Translations under genes and position numbers: made by a program
Virus record (IMG/VR): IMGVR_UViG_3300042864_001965
DNA: 64,000 nt
Direction: 5' to 3' (one strand)
From: a virus
In this document: positions 8,324-17,635 of the stretch, piece by piece
Layout: each line of letters begins with the position of its first letter
Numbering within the stretch: position 1 is the stretch's first letter
The notes under the pieces: generated by a model
Seen by the model: the letters and a program-made list of their open reading frames with translations, nothing else
What the model was told of the DNA's origin: nothing
The model's database searches: none

Positions 8324-10133
8324 ATTCCTCTGCCATCTTAGCTTTTACCCAGTTATTGTTTTCAATTTTGCAAAGACTTTTCAAGTAAGCCTCGTAATTA
8401 TTCAAGTCATTTTCATTATAGTCTTTTTTGAAGATTGCGTGTAACTTCCAAGATTTAGGGGGCATCCAGTCTTTGCTTAGTCTAGGATTTTTAAATGTTT
8501 TTATCATCCATCCCCGGACACTTTCAATATGCTCACCTTTTTTGTAAGCTTGTCTGAGAGCGTACTTGTAGGCTAGGTATAATTCCCTATCTTTGTCGTG
8601 AATCATGATCTCTAGTCTTTCGTTGGCGATTTGTTTTTTTTCTTTTGTTGGAAATTCATGTCCACAATGGGGACAAATACGAGCGGAAGCGTAGGTTATT
8701 TTATTGCAATTTTCGCACTCTTTAGTCGGAGCTTGCCCTTTTTGGGTATCAGAAGACGTAGAAAGTTGAGGATACTTTACATCCTCGATAAATCCGTGTC
8801 CAGTTTTATCAGTATTGATTTCAACATTCCCCGCCTGATCTAAAACAAGACAATCAACTTTATCTAACCAGCTACAAAGCCGTTGACCGCGACCGGTCAT
8901 TTGAATATAAAGAGTTTTGCTTTTTGTCGGTCTGGCATGAATTATGCAAGAAATTGCGGGTAAGTTAAATCCTATCCCGCAGGTATTAATATTTACAATC
9001 CCCCGCAATCTCAATTCAGCTACCTTTCTAAATATTTCTCTTCTTTCCTGCTCTGGTGTTTCGGCTGTAATAACAGCCGTGGGAACACCCCTCTCATTAA
9101 ATTCTGTACAGAGGCTTTTAGCGTGTTCCACACCCGCAGCAAAACAAACAAATTGTCTCCCTTGACCGAGCCTGCGATACTCGGAAACTGTTGATTTTAC
9201 CGCCTCAAGACAACGAATCTCTAACTGACTAGCATCAAAGTCACCGCCATTAATTTTTACTCCTTTAGTATTAATTTTATTTTTAGTTCCAAAGTAAACA
9301 CAACCGACAAGCGCGCCACGTTCGATCATTTCTTTTGGAGTGGGTCCAGTTACCTGAACCTCAAAAATATCTCCTAGCTCTTCACGTTTCGATAACCGCC
9401 ACGGGGTTGCTGTTAGACCAATTACGAGACGATTATCTACTGGTAGGGTTTTCCCCGAAAAAAGGTGCTGTTGCTTACGAATTACTTCCCATGCCGAGTT
9501 TATTTCTTGTAAGATTTCTTTTGATTCAGCGTGAACCAGGCTAAGGTGCTTGCATTTTTCTTTAGCTTCCTCAAAAGTAATTTTGTAAGGCTCTATGTCT
9601 TCTCTTTCTACAGCGATACCTAATACTGCTAATTCGTCACGAATGTCTTTGATTGAGGTTGTTTGCTTACCGTTTTTAAGATTGGGAAAGCTATCTTTAA
9701 ACCATTGGCAGTAAGCTGATAGATGAACTTCATCGGCTAGTATTACTTCGGGATTAAACCAAGTAATATCTCGTCCTCTAGATAAGGTTTGAGTTGTCGC
9801 AATTTGTACTAATTGGTTTCTATCTTCTTTGTAGTTACCAGCAATTACCCCAGCAGATAGTCCAAATTTTCCTAGAGTTTCTAGGGTTTGCTCAATAAGT
9901 ACCGTAAAAGGCACTACGATTAAAGTCCGTCGCTGCCTTTTTACAGTAGCGTCGTAGATTATTTGACACAAAAATACTGTTTTACCCCATCCGCAAGGAG
10001 CAACGACTAAGGCTCTTTTGTAGATTTTTAGAGCGTCATACAGTTCTCTTTTAAGAGCTTTTTGGTCATCTCTTAATTGAATTTGTAGTTTAGTCGGTGC
10101 AAAAAGTGTTTGTGTTTGTGTTGCTAGTGTCAT
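8292..10133 (-). CDS. superfamily 2 DEAD/DEAH-type helicase with C-terminal zinc ribbon
   Basis: Motif I APCGWGKT, motif II ADEVH, TATP, motif VI QMTGRGQR, and a zinc ribbon CENCN...CPHCGH. Confidence 0.8.
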   Translation of the reverse strand: MTLATQTQTLFAPTKLQIQLRDDQKALKRELYDALKIYKRALVVAPCGWGKTVFLCQIIYDATVKRQRRTLIVVPFTVLIEQTLETLGKFGLSAGVIAGNYKEDRNQLVQIATTQTLSRGRDITWFNPEVILADEVHLSAYCQWFKDSFPNLKNGKQTTSIKDIRDELAVLGIAVEREDIEPYKITFEEAKEKCKHLSLVHAESKEILQEINSAWEVIRKQQHLFSGKTLPVDNRLVIGLTATPWRLSKREELGDIFEVQVTGPTPKEMIERGALVGCVYFGTKNKINTKGVKINGGDFDASQLEIRCLEAVKSTVSEYRRLGQGRQFVCFAAGVEHAKSLCTEFNERGVPTAVITAETPEQERREIFRKVAELRLRGIVNINTCGIGFNLPAISCIIHARPTKSKTLYIQMTGRGQRLCSWLDKVDCLVLDQAGNVEINTDKTGHGFIEDVKYPQLSTSSDTQKGQAPTKECENCNKITYASARICPHCGHEFPTKEKKQIANERLEIMIHDKDRELYLAYKYALRQAYKKGEHIESVRGWMIKTFKNPRLSKDWMPPKSWKLHAIFKKDYNENDLNNYEAYLKSLCKIENNNWVKAKMAEEFGDGWDNIRL

Positions 10134-10137
10134 GTTT

Positions 10138-10608
10138 TTATTTCAGATTTATTTTGGTTTTAATAAAATCTATAATCAATTGTAAGCAACTATTTTTTGT
10201 AACCTTTTTAGACAAATCAAAATAGATTTGTATTTCATTTTTGATAAAGTCTAAAATAGGTTTTATTATTTGTTTTGTTTCTGGTAGTAAAATATCCAAG
10301 TGTTTACCATCTCCCTGTATTTTTTTTCTGTTTGATTTTATTTCAACCCAACTAAGATAAGGTACAGAATTATACTCTAAAGCTGAACAAGCTTCTACTG
10401 TAACTATTAATTTTTTAGAATATTTATTTTGATATTCAATCCACACCTTGTATTGACATTGAGTTAGACTTTGATAAAAAATTTCCAGTGTTCCCTGTAG
10501 ATAGAAAAATCCGTCTTCTGTCTTTATTTGCCATTCTGAGTAATTAGAATGGCTAAAAGTTTCTCTACAAAAAACCTCAATTTGTTTTAATGCTTCTGTT
10601 TTGTTCAT
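10138..10608 (-). CDS. hypothetical protein, paralog family A
   Basis: C-terminal KQIIKPILDFIKNEIQ resembles the endings of the ORFs at 10614, 11456 and 11844. Confidence 0.5.
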   Translation of the reverse strand: MNKTEALKQIEVFCRETFSHSNYSEWQIKTEDGFFYLQGTLEIFYQSLTQCQYKVWIEYQNKYSKKLIVTVEACSALEYNSVPYLSWVEIKSNRKKIQGDGKHLDILLPETKQIIKPILDFIKNEIQIYFDLSKKVTKNSCLQLIIDFIKTKINLK

Positions 10609-10613
10609 TAGCG

Positions 10614-11024
10614 TTAATCCTCAGCTTTAATTGTTTTGATAAAACCTAAAATAGTTTCCATTATCTTTGTTGCTTCTGGAATCAAAATATTGAACTCTTC
10701 TTTGTTTCCGCTTGGATAAAGATTATATCTTGAGGTTTCATTGTTTCTGTCAAGACTGTAGTTCCAATGCAGGACAACCAAAGACCCGCCTAACGTACCT
10801 TCTATTGTGATTTTTTCAAAGCATTTGTTTATCAATTGATATTCAGTCGAAATTTCTCGACATTCAATCAAAACTTCATACTTTTTGTTTTTTATTAACT
10901 TACCATAAGTTTTGTAGAGATAATCTTCTTTAATTACCAAAGTTCCTATTAAACGAATACATTTGTCGTCTGCGACTGTATCCCACTCTGAGATGTTCAC
11001 TGCATCGTATTTGGAGATACTCAT
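10614..11024 (-). CDS. hypothetical protein, paralog family A
   Basis: C-terminal ATKIMETILGFIKTIKAED. Same size class and layout as its neighbours. Confidence 0.5.
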   Translation of the reverse strand: MSISKYDAVNISEWDTVADDKCIRLIGTLVIKEDYLYKTYGKLIKNKKYEVLIECREISTEYQLINKCFEKITIEGTLGGSLVVLHWNYSLDRNNETSRYNLYPSGNKEEFNILIPEATKIMETILGFIKTIKAED

Positions 11025-11099
11025 CTGCTCAAAAGTTTTTTTAAAGAAATCAGAGATTTCTTTAAGTGACGCTTTTTTAATAGTTTCATTGTTATTACC

Positions 11100-11432
11100 T
11101 CAAATACAAATAACTAAATCGCCGACACAAACATTGACAAATTCCTTGCAGTCGTATCGAGAATTATTGCAAGCTTGAATAATAGAGGTATTTTCTTCAA
11201 CAGAAATAATCATTCCTGACCCTTTATAAAGAATACGATGACCAATGAAGTCGCTAGTTATCGGGTCGTATATTGGCTTGTTTGTAATCGAATAAACTAA
11301 ATGAGAAGTATCTATTCGGATACAATTTAATTTACCACGGTTTATTACTACTTTAAAATTATCGATAACTTCAATTACCTTAGCTGGATACGTTCCTTTA
11401 GGCGGAAGTCCTAACTCTTTGTTTGTCGCCAT
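11100..11432 (-). CDS. hypothetical protein
   Basis: 110-aa ORF embedded in the paralog cluster. Confidence 0.5.
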   Translation of the reverse strand: MATNKELGLPPKGTYPAKVIEVIDNFKVVINRGKLNCIRIDTSHLVYSITNKPIYDPITSDFIGHRILYKGSGMIISVEENTSIIQACNNSRYDCKEFVNVCVGDLVICI

Positions 11433-11455
11433 TATTTTAACTCTTAGTAATGTTT

Positions 11456-11830
11456 TTACTCTTGGATTTCATCGAGAATAAAGTTAAAAATATTTAACAT
11501 TATTTTTCGAGATTGTTTGGATAATACCCAATCTTTTTCGTTCCATGTTTTGTCTGTCTCATAAAGAGTAAAATCTATGTCACTATCTTTTTCAAAATTC
11601 ATCCAAACGTGAAACGTGCCTAGCCAGAGCATAGGAGGTGATATTTTAGAAGAACCTAAAATATATTCAAATTCGCATTCTTTGTGAACCCTTAATGTTA
11701 ATTCAATAAAAGAATCTGATCCATAAATATATGTTGAGTCTTTTCTTACAGATTTGATGTCCCATCTTAGATTTGGGTGTTGTTCCCTGCAAAATTTTAA
11801 TATTTTCCAAGCTATTTGCCATGTGTCCAT
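11456..11830 (-). CDS. hypothetical protein, paralog family A
   Basis: MDTWQIAWKILKFCREQHPNLRWD...KIMLNIFNFILDEIQE is clearly paralogous to the ORF at 11844-12206. Confidence 0.55.
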   Translation of the reverse strand: MDTWQIAWKILKFCREQHPNLRWDIKSVRKDSTYIYGSDSFIELTLRVHKECEFEYILGSSKISPPMLWLGTFHVWMNFEKDSDIDFTLYETDKTWNEKDWVLSKQSRKIMLNIFNFILDEIQE

Positions 11831-11843
11831 GTGTTACTCCTAT

Positions 11844-12206
11844 TTACTCTTGAATCTCATCAAGGATGAAATTAAAAATGTCTAGCATTACTTTTCGAGT
11901 TTCTCTGTATTTGTTATCAAAATAATCAGATTTTGACTTTCTAATATAATCAAATGCTATTTGATTCTCATAAGAATAGTTATTGTCTCTATCGTCAGGG
12001 TTTATCCACAATTCAAACGTGCCTACATGATACGCTTCGCATGAAATACGCTTAAGCGGACTATCCAGAAAAACCTCTATTATTAATTCATCAGGAAAAA
12101 GTGGACACTGAATTATATTATTTTCAGAGTCAAAATTCCAGTCTAAATCTGGGTATTTTTCTTTACAGAAATTAAATAACTTTTCCGCTATTTGCCATGT
12201 GTTCAT
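11844..12206 (-). CDS. hypothetical protein, paralog family A
   Basis: MNTWQIAEKLFNFCKEKYPDLDWN...KVMLDIFNFILDEIQE. Confidence 0.55.
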   Translation of the reverse strand: MNTWQIAEKLFNFCKEKYPDLDWNFDSENNIIQCPLFPDELIIEVFLDSPLKRISCEAYHVGTFELWINPDDRDNNYSYENQIAFDYIRKSKSDYFDNKYRETRKVMLDIFNFILDEIQE

Positions 12207-12543
12207 GTGTTACTCCTGTTGGGTAAATTTACTAAGAAATACCTACTGATTCCTCTACTACGATACCATGATGACCGTTGCGGCTTAAAGCGTCTAAATA
12301 AGCCATTAATCGGCTTTCGTGCATAGAAGCTTTAATCTTGCAAGGCTTATTTTTTCTATCTATTGTCCTGATCGTGTATCTCATTGTCTCCAATCCTTTA
12401 AGTGTCTTTTGCAGTGATCTAAATGCGCTTTAAGTCTTTTGGCAGACTCTCGCTCATCTGTCCCTCTTATAATTCCTCTTTCTTTATCAATATTATCTTG
12501 ATCTACCAACTTTTTCCACGCCTCTTTAGCTTTTTTTCCATAA

Positions 12544-12732
12544 TTACACCTTTACTTTTTTAAAACCTCGTTGTTCCAAAACTTTATTATACTCCTGAAT
12601 TTTATACTCTAAAATGGCACGTTTTTTTTGGACATTTTTCCCAGATTCTTGCTTAGAATTTCGATATTGTCTGGCATAGAAATTAGCGTAATAACTAATT
12701 TCAGTAGTGCTCATGTTTACGATAAGCTTCAT
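12544..12732 (-). CDS. small basic hypothetical protein
   Basis: 62-aa ORF with a GAGGAAA Shine-Dalgarno, directly behind the promoter at 12759-12787. Confidence 0.45.
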   Translation of the reverse strand: MKLIVNMSTTEISYYANFYARQYRNSKQESGKNVQKKRAILEYKIQEYNKVLEQRGFKKVKV

Positions 12733-12758
12733 GATTTCCTCTTCAATCTATTACTTAA

Positions 12759-12787
12759 ATCTTATATCATTCTGCTAGAATTGTCAA
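12759..12787 (-). promoter_or_regulatory. sigma70-type promoter, TTGACAATTCTAGCA family
   Basis: Minus strand: TTGACA (12787-12782), 17 nt (ATTCTAGCAGAATGATA), TAAGAT (12764-12759). Confidence 0.55.
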
Positions 12788-12989
12788 GAGATTTCTTGAA
12801 AATCTTCTTTGCGAAAACAGTAAAAATGTTCTCCTTTTGTGAGGCGATCAATTGATTCAAAGTGGTAGTAGATTCCTATGGCAGTCTTAATAATCCCCAA
12901 TGGTTTGCACCGAGGAAAGATTTGTCCATAGGAATTAACACGATAAACTTTTTCAGGGTATCGGGAGGGAATATATTGTCCGATCATAA

Positions 12990-13188
12990 GTACTAAAGAC
13001 GGGAATTGAACCCGCAAAACTTAATTAAATCTACTCCTGACAAAACGCCCTTCCCTCACTCAATCTTTGCCAAGTTCGGTGGATTCGCAAATTTCAGTTT
13101 TGAAACAAAAAATAACTTTATTTTTTGCATTAAGTCCCTTTTCGGTTGAAGGCTTCGTTTTAGCCTTTAGCTACCAAGCTACTCTAGC
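12990..13188 (-). ncRNA. candidate ~200-nt tRNA-like RNA (or structured 5' leader)
   Basis: Minus strand begins GCTAGAG-T-AGCTTGGTAGCT-A-AAGGCT/AAAACGA/AGCCTT and ends GCGGG-TTCAATT-CCCGT-CTTTAGT-A. The 5' GCTAGAG pairs with the 3' CTTTAGT (7 bp, 2 G.U), next to a canonical T-arm. The promoter at 13195-13223 would place the transcription start at the 5' G. Not a canonical tRNA: short D-loop, no U33, ~130-nt insert. Confidence 0.25.
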
Positions 13189-13194
13189 ACTTCA

Positions 13195-13223
13195 ATCCTA
13201 TCAGGGACTCCTAAAATTGTCAA
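13195..13223 (-). promoter_or_regulatory. sigma70-type promoter embedded in a 13-bp direct repeat
   Basis: Minus strand: TTGACA (13223-13218), 17 nt, TAGGAT (13200-13195). CCTGATAGGATTG occurs twice, 27 bp apart, with each copy followed by or overlapping one hexamer. Confidence 0.5.
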
Positions 13224-13228
13224 TCCTA

Positions 13229-16120
13229 TCAGGTGCTTATATTCTGTAAATAGCAATCAGAAAACGGAATTGTAAAAATGATCACAGACCCATTTAAAAC
13301 AGTTTCTACCCTCAAAAGCCATTGATTATCAAAAGTTACTTCTGTAACTTTTCCGACCGCTCTCGGTGGGATAATTCGCCCCCCTATCTCTATAGATGCA
13401 GCCGTCCGCACTAGCACCTTTTCTTTCTCAAGATCAGGAAGGCTATCAATGTGTACACCATCAGCCGATAACTCATCGATTACTGGCTCCGATTCAACTT
13501 CTACTATGTCAGAATTAGAGATCGATTCATTTTTTGGGTGTGTGAAAGTGGGACTGGCAACTTGAACAATTTCTTCTTTTATCTCTGATTGATATTCCAG
13601 AGAATCTTCTATCTCAAAAGTTTCTAATTCTTTTGGCTCTTGATAGTGCAGTATCATACCCCTTGATTTGACCTCTAATCGTCCATAGCCAGCTTGCTCT
13701 AGCTGAGTAAGTAGGGTACGGGCGATAGATGTATTTACTTTTTCCCCATTAATTTTACGCCCGCCGAATTTTTGGGCAACGTCCCGAGGTTTGATTTGAC
13801 CTGCGCTTTTGACAATCTCCCATATCTCAGATAAAATGCCTTGTACTGGATTCTCATCCTGAGATGTAACTCCTTGAATTGTCAAGAATTGACTGATATA
13901 GAAGTCGGTCATCTTAGCAGCTTTAATGGCTGTTTGTACAGGAATACTGTAAAGATTAGTATTATCTGGATCAAATATCCAATTGAGAAGATGGATGCTT
14001 AATGTAAGCCTTAAAAAAGTCTTCATTTGTTTTCCTAGATAGGAAGCAAATGATGGATTAATCGCTCGATACTTCTTAATAAGTATCTCGTAGTGATACT
14101 TAATGCCCCAGGCATAACTTTCTCCGATTTCGCTAAACCAGCAATTATAAGGATCGATAATCCCATTTTCATCAGCTTCTAGGCTAATTCCACTGATTTG
14201 ATTGACCAGTGTTTCGATACACTCATCGATAGAATTAGGGTCTTCTGGCGGCTTACCAGGACGAGGATCAAGGGGTTCGTGTAGCAAGAAAAGATACCGA
14301 GAAACTGCCCCATCGACATCATTAGATAAATCAAGATATTTCCTGAGTTTCTCGACTTGTATCCCACCTAATTTATTAAGTGTTTGCCCATCTAAATAGT
14401 ATCGATTGTCTTTGTTTACGCGGTCAAAAGTATTTCGGATAGGGCCATTCCAGTTGCTTAAGTCTCGTTGCCGGTCGTTACCTTTACCACCTGATCGGTA
14501 CTGATTTAATCCTTCAAAAAATCCCGATAATTCGTCATATACGACTACCCCACCTTGCCAAGAAGGTTGCAAGGACATCGTTTTTAAGATGCCATCAAGA
14601 GTACCTTCATCATAAAACCACCGACGCGCCTGACAGTGTTCTTTCTCATAAAGACGAGGGTTGATTTCAGCGTTTGTTTTGTTTGCCTTGCGATCTGATG
14701 CTGACATTTCTTGCCACGCAGCTTTTAGATCGTCTAGTGTGGATTGTTCCTTAGTAACTCTTTTCTGCTCGGCTAAATCTTTTCTTTTCAAAACCCGACA
14801 AACTTCGTTTTGAGTGAGAGTTTTACCAGTAGAAACCCCGCCCAAATCTGCACAATAGAATATCGGGTATTCCTTCCAGCATTCCCTTTCTCTTACAGTA
14901 GTTCGGAGGTTAATTGCAAACCGACTTCCTAAAATAGCTCCTAGTATTGGCCATAAAGAATGCAGTAATCTAATTGGGGGTTGATTTAATGTCCTGGCAC
15001 GGCTTATAATCGCTTCGGCTAAAGGTTTCGGAAGTATCTCAAAAAGATCAATCTCTTTCTGCTGATAATGCTTGCCCTTTAAAAATCCCTCTAATCCTAT
15101 TTTAATAGCGTCACCTTCCGCTATTTCCGTTTTGCGGATGTCGATTAAATTCCGTATTTCTGCTGGTTTCCTACCAGTGGCTTTTGCCCACAGATCGACT
15201 TTTTCTTGCCACTGAGTTCGGGTAATTTCGTCTTGACCAATACAGCCGTCAATAGCTGTTATTAGGTCTTGGAAAGTCATCGTTTCTTTTGCTATGGTTT
15301 CTTTTTCTTTGCTCTCTTTTATTTCTTTTGGTTTATCAACTATCGAAGTTAACAATGTATCGAGAGTTACCTTCTTTTCTTCAATCCAATTAAGAATATC
15401 TACCCCTTGAGAATCTGGTAAATGATTCCACAAAGGAGAATCTGGATAGGCATAAAGCCATTTTGCATCGGGGAAATCTTGATAAATTTTCTGGCAGTGA
15501 GACACTCCCCCTTTGTCACGATCAGGGCATAAAATCAGATTTGCTCCCTTTAAAGCTTCTGTGTGGGACGGTTGCCATTTTTTTGATCCGCCTATATTAC
15601 AAGTGGCAACTAATCCTAGAGATTCTAGTTTCTCTACCTTAGTCTCGCCTTCTACTACAAATATCTGGATCCCTTCTTTAATAGCCTTTTCTAGGCGGTC
15701 TTGACGGTAAAGAGGTATATCTTTGTACTCAATATCACCTATGCCCCACTCCCAAGTTTTACCATCGTCTGTAGAGTGCTTCTGTCTAATATCCTTTTTC
15801 CAAACACCATCTTCTTGATAGTCTTTGCGGTACACGCAGATTCTCGCCCCACTGACAAGGGGAGGATAAAGAAAATATTGGGTTTTTTCTTTTTTATAGC
15901 CAGAAAACTTGACTTCTTTCTTAAAATAGTAGATTGGCTTGCCCTGATTATCTAATTTAGAAGATTTTTCCCATCCCGGTGCGGGTTCGTGATCTCGGTT
16001 GCAGACCGAGAGTAAATTGCCGTCTTCAGATGTGTACATATAGCACCAATCAGGCTTACCACAGTGGGGGCAAGGATTGTTTTTATCGATCTTGACACGG
16101 TTCGAGGATTGTGTTACCAT
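13229..16120 (-). CDS. bifunctional DNA primase/helicase (Zn-finger + TOPRIM + P-loop NTPase)
   Basis: CPHCGKPDWC zinc finger; TOPRIM-like IFVVEGETKVEKL...LILCPDRDKGG; Walker A GGVSTGKT. 963 aa. Confidence 0.75.
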   Translation of the reverse strand: MVTQSSNRVKIDKNNPCPHCGKPDWCYMYTSEDGNLLSVCNRDHEPAPGWEKSSKLDNQGKPIYYFKKEVKFSGYKKEKTQYFLYPPLVSGARICVYRKDYQEDGVWKKDIRQKHSTDDGKTWEWGIGDIEYKDIPLYRQDRLEKAIKEGIQIFVVEGETKVEKLESLGLVATCNIGGSKKWQPSHTEALKGANLILCPDRDKGGVSHCQKIYQDFPDAKWLYAYPDSPLWNHLPDSQGVDILNWIEEKKVTLDTLLTSIVDKPKEIKESKEKETIAKETMTFQDLITAIDGCIGQDEITRTQWQEKVDLWAKATGRKPAEIRNLIDIRKTEIAEGDAIKIGLEGFLKGKHYQQKEIDLFEILPKPLAEAIISRARTLNQPPIRLLHSLWPILGAILGSRFAINLRTTVRERECWKEYPIFYCADLGGVSTGKTLTQNEVCRVLKRKDLAEQKRVTKEQSTLDDLKAAWQEMSASDRKANKTNAEINPRLYEKEHCQARRWFYDEGTLDGILKTMSLQPSWQGGVVVYDELSGFFEGLNQYRSGGKGNDRQRDLSNWNGPIRNTFDRVNKDNRYYLDGQTLNKLGGIQVEKLRKYLDLSNDVDGAVSRYLFLLHEPLDPRPGKPPEDPNSIDECIETLVNQISGISLEADENGIIDPYNCWFSEIGESYAWGIKYHYEILIKKYRAINPSFASYLGKQMKTFLRLTLSIHLLNWIFDPDNTNLYSIPVQTAIKAAKMTDFYISQFLTIQGVTSQDENPVQGILSEIWEIVKSAGQIKPRDVAQKFGGRKINGEKVNTSIARTLLTQLEQAGYGRLEVKSRGMILHYQEPKELETFEIEDSLEYQSEIKEEIVQVASPTFTHPKNESISNSDIVEVESEPVIDELSADGVHIDSLPDLEKEKVLVRTAASIEIGGRIIPPRAVGKVTEVTFDNQWLLRVETVLNGSVIIFTIPFSDCYLQNIST

Positions 16121-16151
16121 AATTTCTATATGAAAAGTGTTTGTTTACACG

Positions 16152-16175
16152 ACCCGCCTGCGAGCGGGTTTTTTG
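16152..16175 (+). terminator. terminator-like GC hairpin with T-tract (plus-strand sense only)
   Basis: ACCCGC-ctgcga-GCGGGT followed by TTTTTTG. It lies upstream of the minus-strand primase start, so its role is unclear. Confidence 0.35.
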
Positions 16176-16284
16176 TTGGGTAGATAAGGTGGACTAGAAC
16201 AAATCAAGGTATCTACTATCCTAGCAGAATTTTCTTGATCGGTAAATACTACACTTACACTACACCTGTAAATCCTCGCTACGC

Positions 16285-16509
16285 TTAGGTTTTAGATTGA
16301 TGCAAAGAGTTGTAAAAAGCATTTTCGCCCTCTTTTCTGGCAGTGAGTTCGGACTCAATGGGAATAAAAAGATAGGACTTTAGTGCAATTTCAAATGCCT
16401 CTTGGGTTTTTAAGCCTAAAACCTCTGATCTTTTACACATCTCAGCCCATAGCTCTTTTTTAACCCGGATTGACACAACTTTTATTAGAGCATCTTGATT
16501 GGCAGACAT
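16285..16509 (-). CDS. ribbon-helix-helix (CopG/Arc-like) regulator candidate
   Basis: VSIRVKKELWAEMCKRSEVLGLKTQEAFEIALKSYL fits a beta-strand/helix/helix pattern. Divergent from the CI-like gene. Confidence 0.4.
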   Translation of the reverse strand: MSANQDALIKVVSIRVKKELWAEMCKRSEVLGLKTQEAFEIALKSYLFIPIESELTARKEGENAFYNSLHQSKT

Positions 16510-16626
16510 AGCTTAATTTACAGAATTTTCTATATTGTATCATAAAAGTCGAGATTTCCTGTAAGTTTTTTGTAAGTTTTTTGCAAGGTAGTGTAAGATA
16601 AGGGTATCTTATCAAAATACACTTTT
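16510..16626. promoter_or_regulatory. divergent control region with candidate operators
   Basis: 117-bp gap between divergent regulators. Contains tandem TGTAAGTTTTT x2 (plus TGCAAG) and the dyad GATAAG-ggtat-CTTATC. Confidence 0.45.
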
Positions 16627-17232
16627 ATGGCTACACCACGATTCAATAGCGACGGAACACCCCGCAAACGAGTAAAAGCTTCGGCTTTGACAGAAAAAGG
16701 GATAAGCAAAATGTCTGATACTATTAAGGCAAAAAGGATGGGGCTAAGTATGACCCAAGCCGAATTTACTGAGTGGATACTAAAAGAAGGTCGGCGATTG
16801 GGATTACCTGGCACAGAATTTTCTGGGGGAGCGGTTCAAAACTGGGAGCTAAAAAATATCGCTAGTTGCCCTGATCTAGGGAATATGCGATTACTAGCTG
16901 CTGTATTTGGTCTTGATACAGATTCTTTTGTGAATTATCTTAATGGCGACTGGCCAACAATTCAGGATTTTCTAAAAGATCCAATCAATCAAAAAAAGAA
17001 TTGTGTTGAAAATCCTAATTTAGTTCCCGAACTTTTTCAGGAAGCTGATACTCAAGTTAAAGCAAAGCTTGTAATTAAAGAAGTTGAATCTCTTTACTTA
17101 AAGCTAGATGAGTTACAGAAGATGATTAAAGAGATCGATCTAGAAGATGTGAAAGCTTTTTTGTGTTCTGCCCCAAAAGATTTACAGAAAGAAGTTTACC
17201 AATATTTACAGGAGAAACTGATCGGAGCATAA
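16627..17232 (+). CDS. XRE/CI-type HTH repressor-like protein
   Basis: IKAKRMGLSMTQAEFTEWI...GGAVQNWELKN is an XRE-family HTH signature. One of the few plus-strand genes. Confidence 0.6.
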   Translation: MATPRFNSDGTPRKRVKASALTEKGISKMSDTIKAKRMGLSMTQAEFTEWILKEGRRLGLPGTEFSGGAVQNWELKNIASCPDLGNMRLLAAVFGLDTDSFVNYLNGDWPTIQDFLKDPINQKKNCVENPNLVPELFQEADTQVKAKLVIKEVESLYLKLDELQKMIKEIDLEDVKAFLCSAPKDLQKEVYQYLQEKLIGA

Positions 17233-17236
17233 CAAG

Positions 17237-17270
17237 AAAGAACAGAGGGTTAACCCTCTGTTCTTTATTT
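17237..17270. terminator. bidirectional intrinsic terminator between convergent genes
   Basis: AAAGAACAGAGGGTT/AACCCTCTGTTCTTT perfect palindromic hairpin followed by ATTT. Confidence 0.6.
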
Positions 17271-17275
17271 GAGAT

Positions 17276-17635
17276 TTATTGAAACATATCATTTGTTGCT
17301 TGATATGTTCTAACTGGAGTAAATCCTTCTTTATCTTTTCGGTTAATTCCATAGTCACTTAAGTACGGACCGTAAAGGGGAATACTTTCTAAATGTCTAT
17401 AATAATCCTTTAAGTTCCATCGGCTGCCGTCAGAAAATACATAAACTGTATATCCGTAAACTATTTCAATTTTTTCTAGACTCCCAAGTATTCTTTTTGA
17501 ATGAACACTTCTAAAAATCTTTTTTTCTGCCTGTTTTTTTTCTTGTTCTATTTTTTCTGGACTCAGTTGTACAGGGTCAGGACAAGGCCACTCTGTTTCA
17601 CGAGCAGGACAATCTGAAGAGACGAAAAAAGACAT
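17276..17635 (-). CDS. hypothetical protein
   Basis: 119-aa ORF. Confidence 0.5.
   Translation of the reverse strand: MSFFVSSDCPARETEWPCPDPVQLSPEKIEQEKKQAEKKIFRSVHSKRILGSLEKIEIVYGYTVYVFSDGSRWNLKDYYRHLESIPLYGPYLSDYGINRKDKEGFTPVRTYQATNDMFQ

Noticed and set aside
12385-12545. Possible frameshifted small ORF at an A7 run (ATGGAAAAAAAGC) downstream of 12544-12732
   Set aside because: The ATG frame stops after 12 codons. The longer frame has no start, and I see no evidence beyond the homopolymer. It could be a sequencing artefact or non-coding.
12990-13017. The T-arm/acceptor fragment as a phage attP core
   Set aside because: There is no integrase nearby, and the complementary 5' strand plus a promoter are present 170 nt away. 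This cannot be excluded without host tRNA sequences.
12990-13188. tmRNA, or a tRNA with a group I intron
   Set aside because: The acceptor stem lacks the G3:U70 alanine identity pair, and the RNA is too short for tmRNA (~200 nt). The ~130-nt insert is shorter than any group I intron I know of. It is kept only as a tRNA-like candidate.
16530-16814. 94-aa minus-strand ORF across the regulatory region
   Set aside because: It overlaps the N-terminal HTH-coding part of the CI-like gene in antisense and spans the operator region. It has no Shine-Dalgarno.
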